DNA of 64,000 bases from Verrucomicrobia bacterium ADurb.Bin006 (lineage in GTDB: Bacteria; Verrucomicrobiota; Verrucomicrobiia; Limisphaerales; J093). A program made the position numbers and the translations under genes. Location: NCBI GenBank assembly GCA_002071485.1, contig MWFF01000078.1, positions 3,890 to 67,889 of the forward strand, given 5' to 3'. The notes beneath the pieces were generated by a model. That model was not told the DNA's origin and ran no database searches. It saw nothing but the letters and a program-made list of their open reading frames with translations. Shown here piece by piece: positions 28,880-38,521 of the stretch; position 1 is the stretch's first letter, and every line of letters starts with the position of its first letter.

Positions 28880-30061
28880 CTAGAAATTCCGCCCGGGCAT
28901 TTCGAGCGTCGTCGGCGAGTAGATCGTCCGGGGAGCCGCGGTCCCCGTGTTGCGATCCGCACTGGCGGTGGCAGGCAGCACGCTTCGCACGGGACTCATG
29001 TCGATCAGCGGGCGGCGCTGGGCCGCTGGGCGCGAGTTCACGCCGCCAATCGTGTCGACAAACTCCAGCTTCGGGCCCGCGTCAAAGCCCGGGGCGGGGC
29101 GAGCGACTACCGGATTCAGCTCCCGTCGGGTGGGATCCGCAATCACGCCGATCAAATCCATCGATTCCACCATACTCTCGTTCGGGCCGGATTCGGAGAG
29201 AACCGAGGCCACGCCGGCACGCGAGGCCGCCGGCTTTTCATCGGTCGGCAGACCGATTCCCAACATGCGCCGAAACTGCTCGATCCGCGCCTCGGCCCCT
29301 CCCACCGGCTTCGCACCCGGGGGCATGGTCGTGAGATTGAGGCTGTCGCGAACCAAATCCCGCCGGCTATTGCTGTCGAGCGCGTCGCCCAAAGTGCCGA
29401 GAATCGAGCTCCTCGATGGAGTGTCCGAAAACAACACCCCTGTGCGCTCCCGGTCGATCGAGAGCGGGGCGAAGCCGTCGAACTCCGTTGACCCGAAAGC
29501 CTGGAAAGGCTGGAAACGCGGTGTCAATTCGCCCCTGTTCATCCGCTCGCTTGGCATTGGATCGAGCTTGACCGGCGAGCGGCTCTGCTTGGCGTCGGCC
29601 TTCTCCTTGCTGAAGTACGCCTCCCAGAAATTCATGGGCCGGTCGCTCTGCTCGCCAAATTTCTCGAAATCAACGCCGGACCGGACCCCGAAGGCCCGGA
29701 AGGCATTGTCTTTGTTGAGATCGAGATTCTTCCCCGGATCGAGAATCCAGTTGCTCCGCGCGTCGCGAAGCCGTCGCGAGTCCACGCTGGGCGACAGGCT
29801 CGATGGCGGGGCAAACGGAATCGCCCTGACGCCCTCAAGAGAACTGCCTCCCATCCGCGGCGCATCCACGCGCCGCTGGAACATGGGAGTCGGCACCGCC
29901 ACATCCACGCGCGCGCCACCCTTGCCCTCGTCTTCACTGTCTGAAAAGGTGACCTTGTCAGGCGCGCCCGGAACCTCGGCAGCCCAACCGGCGGCGGCTA
30001 CAGCCCCCACCACGAGGCCGAGCACCGCCCCGCGCAAACCCGATGTCACCTGTCGATTCAT
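28880..30061 (-). CDS. Hypothetical secreted protein, largely low-complexity
   Basis: 393-aa ORF starting at ATG, with a signal-like AVLGLVVGAVAAAGWAAE. It packs tightly between dnaE and the MlaD-like gene. No recognisable domain. Confidence 0.5.
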   Translation of the reverse strand: MNRQVTSGLRGAVLGLVVGAVAAAGWAAEVPGAPDKVTFSDSEDEGKGGARVDVAVPTPMFQRRVDAPRMGGSSLEGVRAIPFAPPSSLSPSVDSRRLRDARSNWILDPGKNLDLNKDNAFRAFGVRSGVDFEKFGEQSDRPMNFWEAYFSKEKADAKQSRSPVKLDPMPSERMNRGELTPRFQPFQAFGSTEFDGFAPLSIDRERTGVLFSDTPSRSSILGTLGDALDSNSRRDLVRDSLNLTTMPPGAKPVGGAEARIEQFRRMLGIGLPTDEKPAASRAGVASVLSESGPNESMVESMDLIGVIADPTRRELNPVVARPAPGFDAGPKLEFVDTIGGVNSRPAAQRRPLIDMSPVRSVLPATASADRNTGTAAPRTIYSPTTLEMPGRNF

Positions 30062-30144
30062 GTCCTGCTCAATTCTTACGCCCGAAGAGGAAGACCGTCA
30101 AAGGGCTTTTCCCGCCCATTCGACCCCAAATCGGGCTGTTTCGT

Positions 30145-33100
30145 TCATTCGCCGTTGACGCCGGAGGTCTCGCTGCGCTCCCACCGCCGCGCCGCGCGGG
30201 GCGGCGCCGTGCGATCGATCTTGGCGTAGTAGGTATTCTCGCCGAAAAGCGCGTCGGCGGCCCGCTGAAGGGCAAGCGAAGGCGTGACACGATAGCGATC
30301 GTGCGCCTCGATGAAGACCAGCTCGCCCGCCGGGTGGATCAGGCACAGGAACAGGGGGCAACGGCCCGCGTGGTCAGTGGCCAGCGCCCGCGCCTTCTCG
30401 AGACGCTCGGCATTCAGATGCGCCGTGTGGAGCCGGAAATGCACCTGTTCGGTGTAGCGCTGCGGGGCGTCATCGAGCAGGATCACCTCATGCGCAAAGA
30501 CCTTCGGCTTCTCGTCGGTCGTGTTCACCTCGCCCACAACCAGCACGGCTGTGTTGGGCTGAAGCAACGCCTTGTGTTTCTCGTAGCTCTCGTTCAAGCA
30601 GACCAGTTGCATCGATCCGGTCAAGTCCTCGATCGTGGCCAATGCGTACGGTTTGTTCGTCTTTTTCGAAATGCCGTGCTGCGCCACGGTGATCAGCCCT
30701 CCAATCCGGGTCATCGTCCGGTGCGGCAACTGGGCCAGCACACTCGAAGTCGCCAGGGCGAACTGCTGCAGAAGATCCGCGTAAGGCGTCAGCGGATGGC
30801 CCGAGACATAAAACCCAAGCAGTTCCTTCTCCGCCGCCAGCAGTTCGCTCTGCGGCCATTCCTGCACCCTGGCGATGCTCTCGCCCAGCGCAGCCGGCTG
30901 GTCTTCGAGCAAACCGAAAAGCGAGGTCTGCCCGCGGGCGCGGTCTTGGGCCGCGCTCGCCGCCCGCGCCAATGCCCCGTCGATTGCCGCCCACAGGGTC
31001 GCCCGCGTCTCGCCGAACGTGTCGCAGGCTCCCGATTTCACCAGAGCCTCGAGGACCTTGCGATTGACTGCCCGGAGGTCCACGCGATCGCAAAGGTCGG
31101 CCAGCGACTCAAATGCCCCCCCTTCCTCCCGGGCCTTGAGAATGCTCGCCACGGCCATCTCGCCAACGCCCTTGATCGCCGCAAGACCGAATCGGATCGA
31201 CTTGCGCCCGCCCGCGTCTTCGTCGCGCCCGCCGGGAGCGAAGTGAATCTGGCTCTCGTTCACGTCGGGTCCGAGCACCTCGATCCCAAAAGCCCGCGCC
31301 TCGCCAATGTAAAGGCTCAGCTTGTCAGTGTCCGCCATGTCGTTCGTCAACATCGCGCACAGGAACTCGACTGGATAATTGGCCTTCAGATACGCGGTCT
31401 GATACGCCACCACCGCATAGGCGGCCGCGTGCGACTTGTTGAAGCCGTAGCCGGCAAACTTCTCGAGCTGATCGAAAATCTGGTTGGCTCTGTCCGCGGC
31501 AATCCCATTCTTTTCCTTGCAGCCCCGGACGAAGATCGAACGCTGCTTGGCCATCTCCTCGGCCTTCTTCTTGCCCATGGCGCGCCGCAACAGGTCCGCC
31601 GCTCCCAGCGTGTAGCCCGCCAGCACCTGCGCCGCCTGCATGACCTGCTCCTGATACACCATTACCCCATAGGTCTCCCGGCAGAGAGGCTCGAGCAAAG
31701 GATGCGCATACTCGATCGCCGTCTCCCCGTGCCGCCTCCGGATAAAGTCAGGGATCAGGTCCATCGGCCCCGGACGATACAGCGCGATCAACGCCGTGAT
31801 GTGCTCGATCGAACTGATCTGGAACTTCCGGCACAGGTCGCGCATGCGGTCCGATTCCAATTGGAACACGCCCAATGTGTTGGCCTTGTTCAGGAGGTCA
31901 TAAGTCGCCGCGTCATCCAGCGGAAGCTGGTCGATCGGAACGGCCACCCCCTGCGTCTGCCGGACCATCTCGCACGTGTTGCGAATGACGGTCAACGTCT
32001 TTAAACCCAGAAAGTCCATCTTCAGCAGACCCAGGTCGCCGACCGGACCCATCGCGTACTGTGTCACAAGCGTCCCGTCCTCGTCCTGCTTGAGCGGCAA
32101 CAGGTCAACCAGCGGACCCGGGCCGATCACCACGCCCGCCGCATGGACCGATGCGTTGCGGGTGAGGTCTTCGAGGATGAATGCCGTCTCGAGCAACTCG
32201 CGCGTCGCCTCCTCGGTCTCGAACGCCTGCTTCAACGCCGGCGACTGCTTCAGAGCCTTCTCGAGGGTCATCTTCAACTCGTTCGGCACCATCTTCGCCA
32301 GCCGATCGCATTCGCCATAGTTTAACCCCATCACCCGCCCTACATCCCGAATCACCGATTTTGCCCCCATCGTGCCGAAAGTAATGATCTGCGCGACCGC
32401 CTCCCGCCCATACTTGTTCCGCACATACTGGATCACCTCCTGCCGCCGGTCGTCCGCAAAATCAATGTCGATGTCGGGCGGATTCACCCGTTCCGGATTC
32501 AGGAACCGCTCGAATAGCAGCCCGTAACGGATCGGATCCACATTCGAGATCTCGAGCAGGTAGGTCACAATGGACCCGGACGCCGATCCGCGCGCCACAC
32601 ATGTGATCCCTTTCGCGCGGCCATACCGGACAAAATCCCCCACGATCAGGAAGTAACTGACAAACCCGGTCTTGATAATGGTCCTCAACTCGAGTTCGAG
32701 CCGGTCCAAAACCGCCTGCGCCGCCTCAACCATCGCCCCGTCCATCGCCCCTCCCCCCCCTGCGCCGCTCTCCGGATTGCCGGGCCCTCGTCCCACCGCC
32801 ACTTCTGTCTCTCCCCGACCGGCCCCCGGAGAAACGGATGCCCCTCGAGGTGTATAGGTCGGCAGCCGCGCCGGATCCTCGAGGGCCTCCAACCGGTAGC
32901 TCCCGCCCTCGATACGCGTCGTCATTCCGTACCGGACCCGCAATCCCTCGGCCAGCAGGCCGCGCAAACAATCCTCCCGCGTTTGCCCTTTAGGCGGATC
33001 GAAGGTTGGGTAGTGCAGCTTGCCGAACTGGATTTCGACGTTGCATTTCTCCGCCACCGCGACCGTGTTGCGCACCGCCTCGGGCACTTCGGCAAACAAG

Positions 33101-33870
33101 ACCTTCATCTCTTCCGCTGATCGCAGGTAGAACTGCCCCGCCTGGTAGCGCATCCGCCTGGTGTCGTCCCGCGTCGTCTGCATCCCGATGCAAATGAGGC
33201 AATCGTGGGCCTGCCAATGGTCCTTGAGGATGTAATGCACGTCATTGGTTGCCACCACCTGAAGTCCAAACTCACCGGCCCAGGCCAGAAGCTGGCGATT
33301 CACCTTTGCCTGGTCGGGCAACCCGTGGTTCTGCAGTTCGAGATAGAAATTCTCAGCCCCCAAAGTCTGCTTGAACCAGTCCACGGTCTCCCGCGCCTTG
33401 TCGATCTGATCCTGCACGATCAACTCGGGGATCTCACCCGAGAGACACCCCGAGAGGGCAATGAGTCCCTCCTTGTGTGTCGCAAGCAAGTCCTTGTCGA
33501 TGCGCGGCTTGTAATAATACCCCTCGATGTGCGCGGCCGTCACCAGCCGAATCAGATTGCTGTACCCCCTCTCGTCCTTGGCCAACAGCACAAGATGATG
33601 ATAGGCGTCACGCCCGCCGCTGACGGTCTTCTTCTCGTGCCTGCTCCCCGGCGCCACATACACCTCGCAGCCGATGATCGGTTTGATCCCCTTGGCCCGC
33701 GCCGCCAGATAGAAATCGACCACCCCGTACATCACCCCATGATCGGTGATCGCCATCGAGTGAAACTTCAACTCGTGGGCGCGCTCGATCAACCGATCCA
33801 CCCGGCACGCGCTGTCCAGCAGCGAGTACTCGGTGTGCAGATGCAAATGGACAAAATCCGCGTGCGACAT
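30145..33870 (-). CDS. dnaE: DNA polymerase III alpha subunit
   Basis: PHP domain start MSHADFVHLHLHTEYSLLDSA, polymerase core (GFVSYFLIV, MGLLKMDFLGLKTLT) and a C-terminal OB-fold region. 1,241 aa. Confidence 0.95.
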   Translation of the reverse strand: MSHADFVHLHLHTEYSLLDSACRVDRLIERAHELKFHSMAITDHGVMYGVVDFYLAARAKGIKPIIGCEVYVAPGSRHEKKTVSGGRDAYHHLVLLAKDERGYSNLIRLVTAAHIEGYYYKPRIDKDLLATHKEGLIALSGCLSGEIPELIVQDQIDKARETVDWFKQTLGAENFYLELQNHGLPDQAKVNRQLLAWAGEFGLQVVATNDVHYILKDHWQAHDCLICIGMQTTRDDTRRMRYQAGQFYLRSAEEMKVLFAEVPEAVRNTVAVAEKCNVEIQFGKLHYPTFDPPKGQTREDCLRGLLAEGLRVRYGMTTRIEGGSYRLEALEDPARLPTYTPRGASVSPGAGRGETEVAVGRGPGNPESGAGGGGAMDGAMVEAAQAVLDRLELELRTIIKTGFVSYFLIVGDFVRYGRAKGITCVARGSASGSIVTYLLEISNVDPIRYGLLFERFLNPERVNPPDIDIDFADDRRQEVIQYVRNKYGREAVAQIITFGTMGAKSVIRDVGRVMGLNYGECDRLAKMVPNELKMTLEKALKQSPALKQAFETEEATRELLETAFILEDLTRNASVHAAGVVIGPGPLVDLLPLKQDEDGTLVTQYAMGPVGDLGLLKMDFLGLKTLTVIRNTCEMVRQTQGVAVPIDQLPLDDAATYDLLNKANTLGVFQLESDRMRDLCRKFQISSIEHITALIALYRPGPMDLIPDFIRRRHGETAIEYAHPLLEPLCRETYGVMVYQEQVMQAAQVLAGYTLGAADLLRRAMGKKKAEEMAKQRSIFVRGCKEKNGIAADRANQIFDQLEKFAGYGFNKSHAAAYAVVAYQTAYLKANYPVEFLCAMLTNDMADTDKLSLYIGEARAFGIEVLGPDVNESQIHFAPGGRDEDAGGRKSIRFGLAAIKGVGEMAVASILKAREEGGAFESLADLCDRVDLRAVNRKVLEALVKSGACDTFGETRATLWAAIDGALARAASAAQDRARGQTSLFGLLEDQPAALGESIARVQEWPQSELLAAEKELLGFYVSGHPLTPYADLLQQFALATSSVLAQLPHRTMTRIGGLITVAQHGISKKTNKPYALATIEDLTGSMQLVCLNESYEKHKALLQPNTAVLVVGEVNTTDEKPKVFAHEVILLDDAPQRYTEQVHFRLHTAHLNAERLEKARALATDHAGRCPLFLCLIHPAGELVFIEAHDRYRVTPSLALQRAADALFGENTYYAKIDRTAPPRAARRWERSETSGVNGE

Positions 33871-33953
33871 GCCACCAACCTACCCCCCGCGCCAAAGCCC
33901 GCGCAAGAGCCGACACCCCCCAACTTACCCGCACACCTCACCCTGCGGGGTCA

Positions 33954-34072
33954 GCCCTTAAGAATTAAGTTTGCTGGAGAGGAGGATTGGGGTGCGATTC
34001 ACGGGAGTTCTCGGGATGACCCTGAGCCGTTTCCGCCGCTGAAGTTCACAAGGAAAGTTGATTCTTAAGGGC
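33954..34072. promoter_or_regulatory. Perfect 12-bp inverted repeat flanking 95 nt in the dnaE / thuA-like divergent promoter region
   Basis: GCCCTTAAGAAT (33954-33965) and ATTCTTAAGGGC (34061-34072). This is an AT-rich CTTAAG core in an otherwise GC-rich spacer. Confidence 0.4.
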
Positions 34073-34168
34073 CTGTCAGCGGCGGGTGGACCTCGATCCG
34101 CCAGTCTGCTACGCTCGCCCTATGAACGCAGCAACCAGGCAATCCCACGGTTCCCATTCCTTGTTAGC

Positions 34169-34900
34169 ATGAAGACATTTACCGGAGCCACGGCCCACAT
34201 CGCAGTCGCATTGTTGGCGTTCGCCCTCATCGCCGAGCCCTCGTCCCTTCGCGCTGCCGACCCGCCGATTCGCGTCCTGCTGCTCAGCGGCCAGAACAAC
34301 CACGATTGGAAAACGACCACCCCCAAACTCAAGGCCATCCTCACTAACGGCGGACACTTCGCGGTGGACGTGACCGAGCGGCCCGAGCAATGCACCGCGG
34401 AGACCCTGGCGCAATACGATCTGATTGTGAGCGATTGGAACGCCTGGGGCGACGCCAAAGTCAAAGAGTGGCCCCCTGCCATGCGGGAGGCCTTCCTGGG
34501 ATTCGTCAGCTCGGGCAAAGGCTACGTCTCGATCCACGCCGGCAGTTCCTCGTTCTACGACTGGCCCGAGTACCACCAGATCGGCGGGTTGTTCTGGAAT
34601 CTCGACGAGACCAGCCACGGCCCGCCGCACGAGTTCACGGTCGAGTTCACCCGCGATCATCCCATCACCCGGGGCCTCGAGCCGTTTAAAACCAAGGATG
34701 AACTCTGGATCAAGCCCGGTGTCCATCCCGATGCCACAGTCGTCGCCACCGGTGATCTCCAACCGCTCGCCGTAACGACCGCTCTGGGTCAGGGACGCGG
34801 TTTCGCCCTTCTGCTCGGCCATGCCGCGGAGTACATGGACACCCCCGGTTTTCAAAGGCTCCTGCGTCGCGGCGCCTGCTGGGCCGCCACGGGCAAGTGA
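34169..34900 (+). CDS. ThuA-domain protein (secreted)
   Basis: Start trimmed to ATG 34169 (MKTFTGATAHIAVALLAFALIA signal peptide). IRVLLLSGQNNHDW and VSIHAGSSSFYDWPEY are typical ThuA-like blocks. Confidence 0.8.
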   Translation: MKTFTGATAHIAVALLAFALIAEPSSLRAADPPIRVLLLSGQNNHDWKTTTPKLKAILTNGGHFAVDVTERPEQCTAETLAQYDLIVSDWNAWGDAKVKEWPPAMREAFLGFVSSGKGYVSIHAGSSSFYDWPEYHQIGGLFWNLDETSHGPPHEFTVEFTRDHPITRGLEPFKTKDELWIKPGVHPDATVVATGDLQPLAVTTALGQGRGFALLLGHAAEYMDTPGFQRLLRRGACWAATGK

Positions 34901-34966
34901 CTTCGGCGGCCAGCACCCCCGTCGCGCTCGTTTGATTCGGACGACTGACCCGATCCGGCAACCGCA

Positions 34967-37900
34967 TCAATCCGGCGTCAGCCGGATGCGGAAAGCCTTG
35001 TCGCGATCGCATACGAGTCTGCCTTCGCGGACTTCGAGTTCGGCCGCCTGGATGGCGGTATGACGATTCGAGAGGGGCGAGACGCCGTTTCGATCGGGAG
35101 CGTTCTCGGTGTAGGGATGTGTGAAGTAGATGATGTAAGCGCGCTCGCTGCACACGACAACATCCGCGTGCTTGCCGATCGTGCCGTCGCTATTCCGGCT
35201 GCCAGGCTGGTCCAGAATCTTGCCCTGGTAAGCCCAGCCGTCCAAATCGTCGGAACGGTACACGTCCAGTCCGCTGTTGGGGTCTTTGATCAGCCAGTAC
35301 CAGCCCCCGAAGCGGAAGGCCTTGGGCCCCTCGCCGTAGAGCTTCGAAACGCCCGGATCCTTGACCGGCACCCACTCGTCGAGGTCGCGGCTTTCGACGG
35401 CATAGGTCTTCGAGTCGTGTCCCTCGTCCTTGTACCACATGCGCCAGGCGCCGTCCGGCCGTCGAATCAGGGTGGGATCAATGCAGTAGTCGGACGCCAC
35501 CGGGACCCGACGCTCGAACGTCCAGCGCCACAGGTCATCGGAACTGTAATGCAGAATGTGCCGTTGCCCGCCCCAGTTCCGGTGTGTGCTGGCTGCGCCC
35601 GGCACGTAGCTGACGAACAGGTGGTACCGACCCGCATCGTCGCGGATCACGTCCGGCGCCCAGAACGAATACTCGGCATCCGAGGCCTCGAGCGTCAGCG
35701 TTCCCCGGTAGGCCCATGTCATCCCCGCGTCGCGCGACTCCGCCACACCGATCTCCGTGCCATGACACCATTCGACGCCCGGCAGATCGAGCTTGGCCCG
35801 GCGCTGCGTGTAGAGCATCCACCAGGCTTGCCGAAACGGATTCCACACCAGGACCGGATCCGCCGCGCCGTCATACACGGGATCACGATACAACGGCGCG
35901 GGCGTCACCTCGGCGCTCCCTTCAGTCTGGGCGATGGACGCCCCGATCCGATCGAGATCCACACCCATGGACTCAAATTGCGCGGCGGCATTGAGAAAAT
36001 GCGCCGTGATCCAGAAGACTGTCCATCCTTCGCTGTAGCCGCCCCGCATCCGAAAGACATCCGTCAAATCGCCGGACTGGCCAAAATTGGTCTGTTGAAT
36101 CTGCTCGCCCTGGCTGCCCTGGGCGTCAATGAGCTGGCCGCAACTGCGGAACATCACCGCCGCCAACCGTTTTAGATCCTCCCGCCCGAGATACTCGCCT
36201 ATCCGCCAGATCTCGGGCGTGAACAGAACCGCATAGACGTCCAAATGCTGGTTTTGCGCCGACACGATTGTCCAGCCCCGGGTCTTGAGCGCGTGATCGT
36301 GCAGGCGCCCGGCCGGCAGGTCGATGTCCCACAACACCGTGTAGGTCAGGGCCACGTCCAGGGCGTGGGCCGCCCAGTCGAGATAGCGCGACTCGCGAGT
36401 GAGTTCATAAACAGCCAGGAAGGCCTGGAACCCCGCCAGTGCGCCTTCCTTGTCTTCACACCGGGCGTCCAACGTCCCGCCCCAGTACGGTTCCCGCATC
36501 TCGATATGGCGTTCGGCATAGTGCTGCGCCGCCTTGACCGCCGCCCGCTGGAAGTCGGCGTTGCCAAACAGCACGGAGGCCTTGCAGAGCGGCGAGACAT
36601 AGAACGCCTCCGCCGTCGACACCGGCCGCCAATCGTCCCGCAGAATGCGGTCGGCGTGCAACGCGCTGGCCCGACGCAGGAACGATTCCCAGGAACTCGT
36701 TTGCGGCGCTCTGCCTTGCGCTTTGAGGCTGCTGGTTGACGAGGGTGCAGGGGACGAGTCGTCCCCCTTGCGGTCTTCATCGGAGGCCCCGCCGCGCTTG
36801 CCCAACTCGCGGGCCGCGAGAATCGCCCGAGCGAAATTCTCCATCGCCTGGCCCTGGGAGACGTGGTCCTGCTCCGACCACGTCTCCGATTCGGCGGTAT
36901 ACTTCAGCAGAAAGCCGTTCTCGTTGAAGGGGGCACTGGCCAGAAGGTCCATGGCGCGGGAAGCCCGATTCAAAGCAGCGGGATCGCCCAGCCTGGGCGC
37001 CAGCCAAAGCAGTGCGCTGCCCATCGCTTCCGCCTGTCCGCACCAGCCCATCACATAATGCGTCCCCTCGACGTAGTCCGGGTACATCTCGAAGCCCGGA
37101 TCGTTTGCCCGATCCCGAAATCGTGAAACCGCGAAGCGGTGCTTGTCCCGGACGATCTGGTCGAATGTCGGCAGGCCGTCGAGACTGAATGGCGGATGCA
37201 GCCGCAGGGCGGTTCGGAACGGTTGTCGGAAACCCGAACCCTGCGCGACCGACGGGCAGACCTCGATAAAGAACGTCTTCTCGATCACCGCGCCCGGCCG
37301 CAGCGTGAGCCAGGCGTCCGGATAGGGAAGGAACTTATGCTGAAGCGCTTTGACCACGCTCGGTTGGCCGTTGGCGGCGCACGGCCCTGAGAGCAACGTC
37401 AATTCCGTCCATGCCTCCAGGGCTTTCACACCCAGCGACCACCATTGATCGGCATGATGTCCTCCGCCAACACGAGAAGGCACGGTGTGCAGGGCCGCGC
37501 TGCGGAAGGAGTCCGCCGCCGCCCACTCGACACATGCAAATGGCGCGCTATAGCGATGTTCCTCGAACATCGACATGTCGCCCGGAACACCCGCGTGCAT
37601 CGCAACCGAGCCCGCTCCCGTCCGCGCCCCGGACGGGTTACCGTAATAAACAATGCCCGGAAGCAACGGCTTCGCGTTTGTCGCACCGGGAACCACCCAG
37701 CGCACCGACAGGGTGCAGCGCGGCAGCTCGGATTTGCCGCGCCAGGTGAACCGCCGCACGCCGCGCACGACATCCCCTTCTCTGCGGTACGAATCCAGAA
37801 GCTCGAGCCGACCCTGCGCCAGATCGAGTTGCCCGGACACACGAATCCAATCACCCTCGTCCCAGACCTTCGCGGCGTGGGCATGCACCCAGCCCGCCGG

Positions 37901-38197
37901 CCAGCCGTTCGTCCAGTCCGTTGCCACCGACCACAACCCTTCCTGAGGTGACTCGACAAGGATGAGATTGCCCCGGCCCACCTTGATCGCACGACCAGCG
38001 GGTATGGCGCTGAACCACACACCTTCCGGCGGCGACCCGTTGAGGGCGAGATCGCCCCGGCCCAGCCCGATCGCACGACCGGGCTCGCCGATCGGAGCCA
38101 GCGTCGCGCCCTCGGACGCCGCACCCGCTTCAAACAGCGCTGGCAGCACCCCCGCGGCAGTGAGAAGCAACGGAAGATAACGGGCACCCCAGCGCAT
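34967..38197 (-). CDS. Multidomain glycoside-hydrolase-like protein: N-terminal repeats, an alpha/alpha-barrel-like middle and a C-terminal GH43/GH32-clan beta-propeller
   Basis: Start trimmed to ATG 38197 (MRWGARYLPLLLTAAGVLPALFEA). The C-terminal YRDPVYDGAADPVLVW ... GVAESRDAGMTW ... FWAPDVIRDDAGRYHLF resembles five-bladed-propeller hydrolases. Confidence 0.7.
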   Translation of the reverse strand: MRWGARYLPLLLTAAGVLPALFEAGAASEGATLAPIGEPGRAIGLGRGDLALNGSPPEGVWFSAIPAGRAIKVGRGNLILVESPQEGLWSVATDWTNGWPAGWVHAHAAKVWDEGDWIRVSGQLDLAQGRLELLDSYRREGDVVRGVRRFTWRGKSELPRCTLSVRWVVPGATNAKPLLPGIVYYGNPSGARTGAGSVAMHAGVPGDMSMFEEHRYSAPFACVEWAAADSFRSAALHTVPSRVGGGHHADQWWSLGVKALEAWTELTLLSGPCAANGQPSVVKALQHKFLPYPDAWLTLRPGAVIEKTFFIEVCPSVAQGSGFRQPFRTALRLHPPFSLDGLPTFDQIVRDKHRFAVSRFRDRANDPGFEMYPDYVEGTHYVMGWCGQAEAMGSALLWLAPRLGDPAALNRASRAMDLLASAPFNENGFLLKYTAESETWSEQDHVSQGQAMENFARAILAARELGKRGGASDEDRKGDDSSPAPSSTSSLKAQGRAPQTSSWESFLRRASALHADRILRDDWRPVSTAEAFYVSPLCKASVLFGNADFQRAAVKAAQHYAERHIEMREPYWGGTLDARCEDKEGALAGFQAFLAVYELTRESRYLDWAAHALDVALTYTVLWDIDLPAGRLHDHALKTRGWTIVSAQNQHLDVYAVLFTPEIWRIGEYLGREDLKRLAAVMFRSCGQLIDAQGSQGEQIQQTNFGQSGDLTDVFRMRGGYSEGWTVFWITAHFLNAAAQFESMGVDLDRIGASIAQTEGSAEVTPAPLYRDPVYDGAADPVLVWNPFRQAWWMLYTQRRAKLDLPGVEWCHGTEIGVAESRDAGMTWAYRGTLTLEASDAEYSFWAPDVIRDDAGRYHLFVSYVPGAASTHRNWGGQRHILHYSSDDLWRWTFERRVPVASDYCIDPTLIRRPDGAWRMWYKDEGHDSKTYAVESRDLDEWVPVKDPGVSKLYGEGPKAFRFGGWYWLIKDPNSGLDVYRSDDLDGWAYQGKILDQPGSRNSDGTIGKHADVVVCSERAYIIYFTHPYTENAPDRNGVSPLSNRHTAIQAAELEVREGRLVCDRDKAFRIRLTPD

Positions 38198-38359
38198 GGC
38201 AATCGATTGGCGATTGCGTGGGAGACACGCCCGCAGTTGCACCGGCAGAGGCTGGATCGTTGTCATGATCAACTCCTATCCGAAACCCGTCCAACTGTCG
38301 ATGAACGCATTGCGTCCGGACCGCCATTGCCTCCGCGACCCGGACCTCAGGACTTTGTG

Positions 38360-38406
38360 GGAAGCGTTGACGTTCAACGGTTGAGTCCGGATGGGGACCA
38401 TGAGCC
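38360..38406 (+). repeat. Intergenic repeat family B, copy 3
   Basis: GGAAGCGTTGACGTTCAACGGTTGAGTCCGGATGGGGACCATGAGCC, upstream of the 34967-38197 gene. Confidence 0.6.
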
Positions 38407-38521
38407 GATGTCAGGGGGGCTTGTCTCGGAGGGCGAATCTCCGCAGGTCCCTGGTGGATCGAGACAATCACCGTCACCGATCAGGACCTCTTCCGCGACC
38501 GCGGGATCGCCAGACGGGTTA

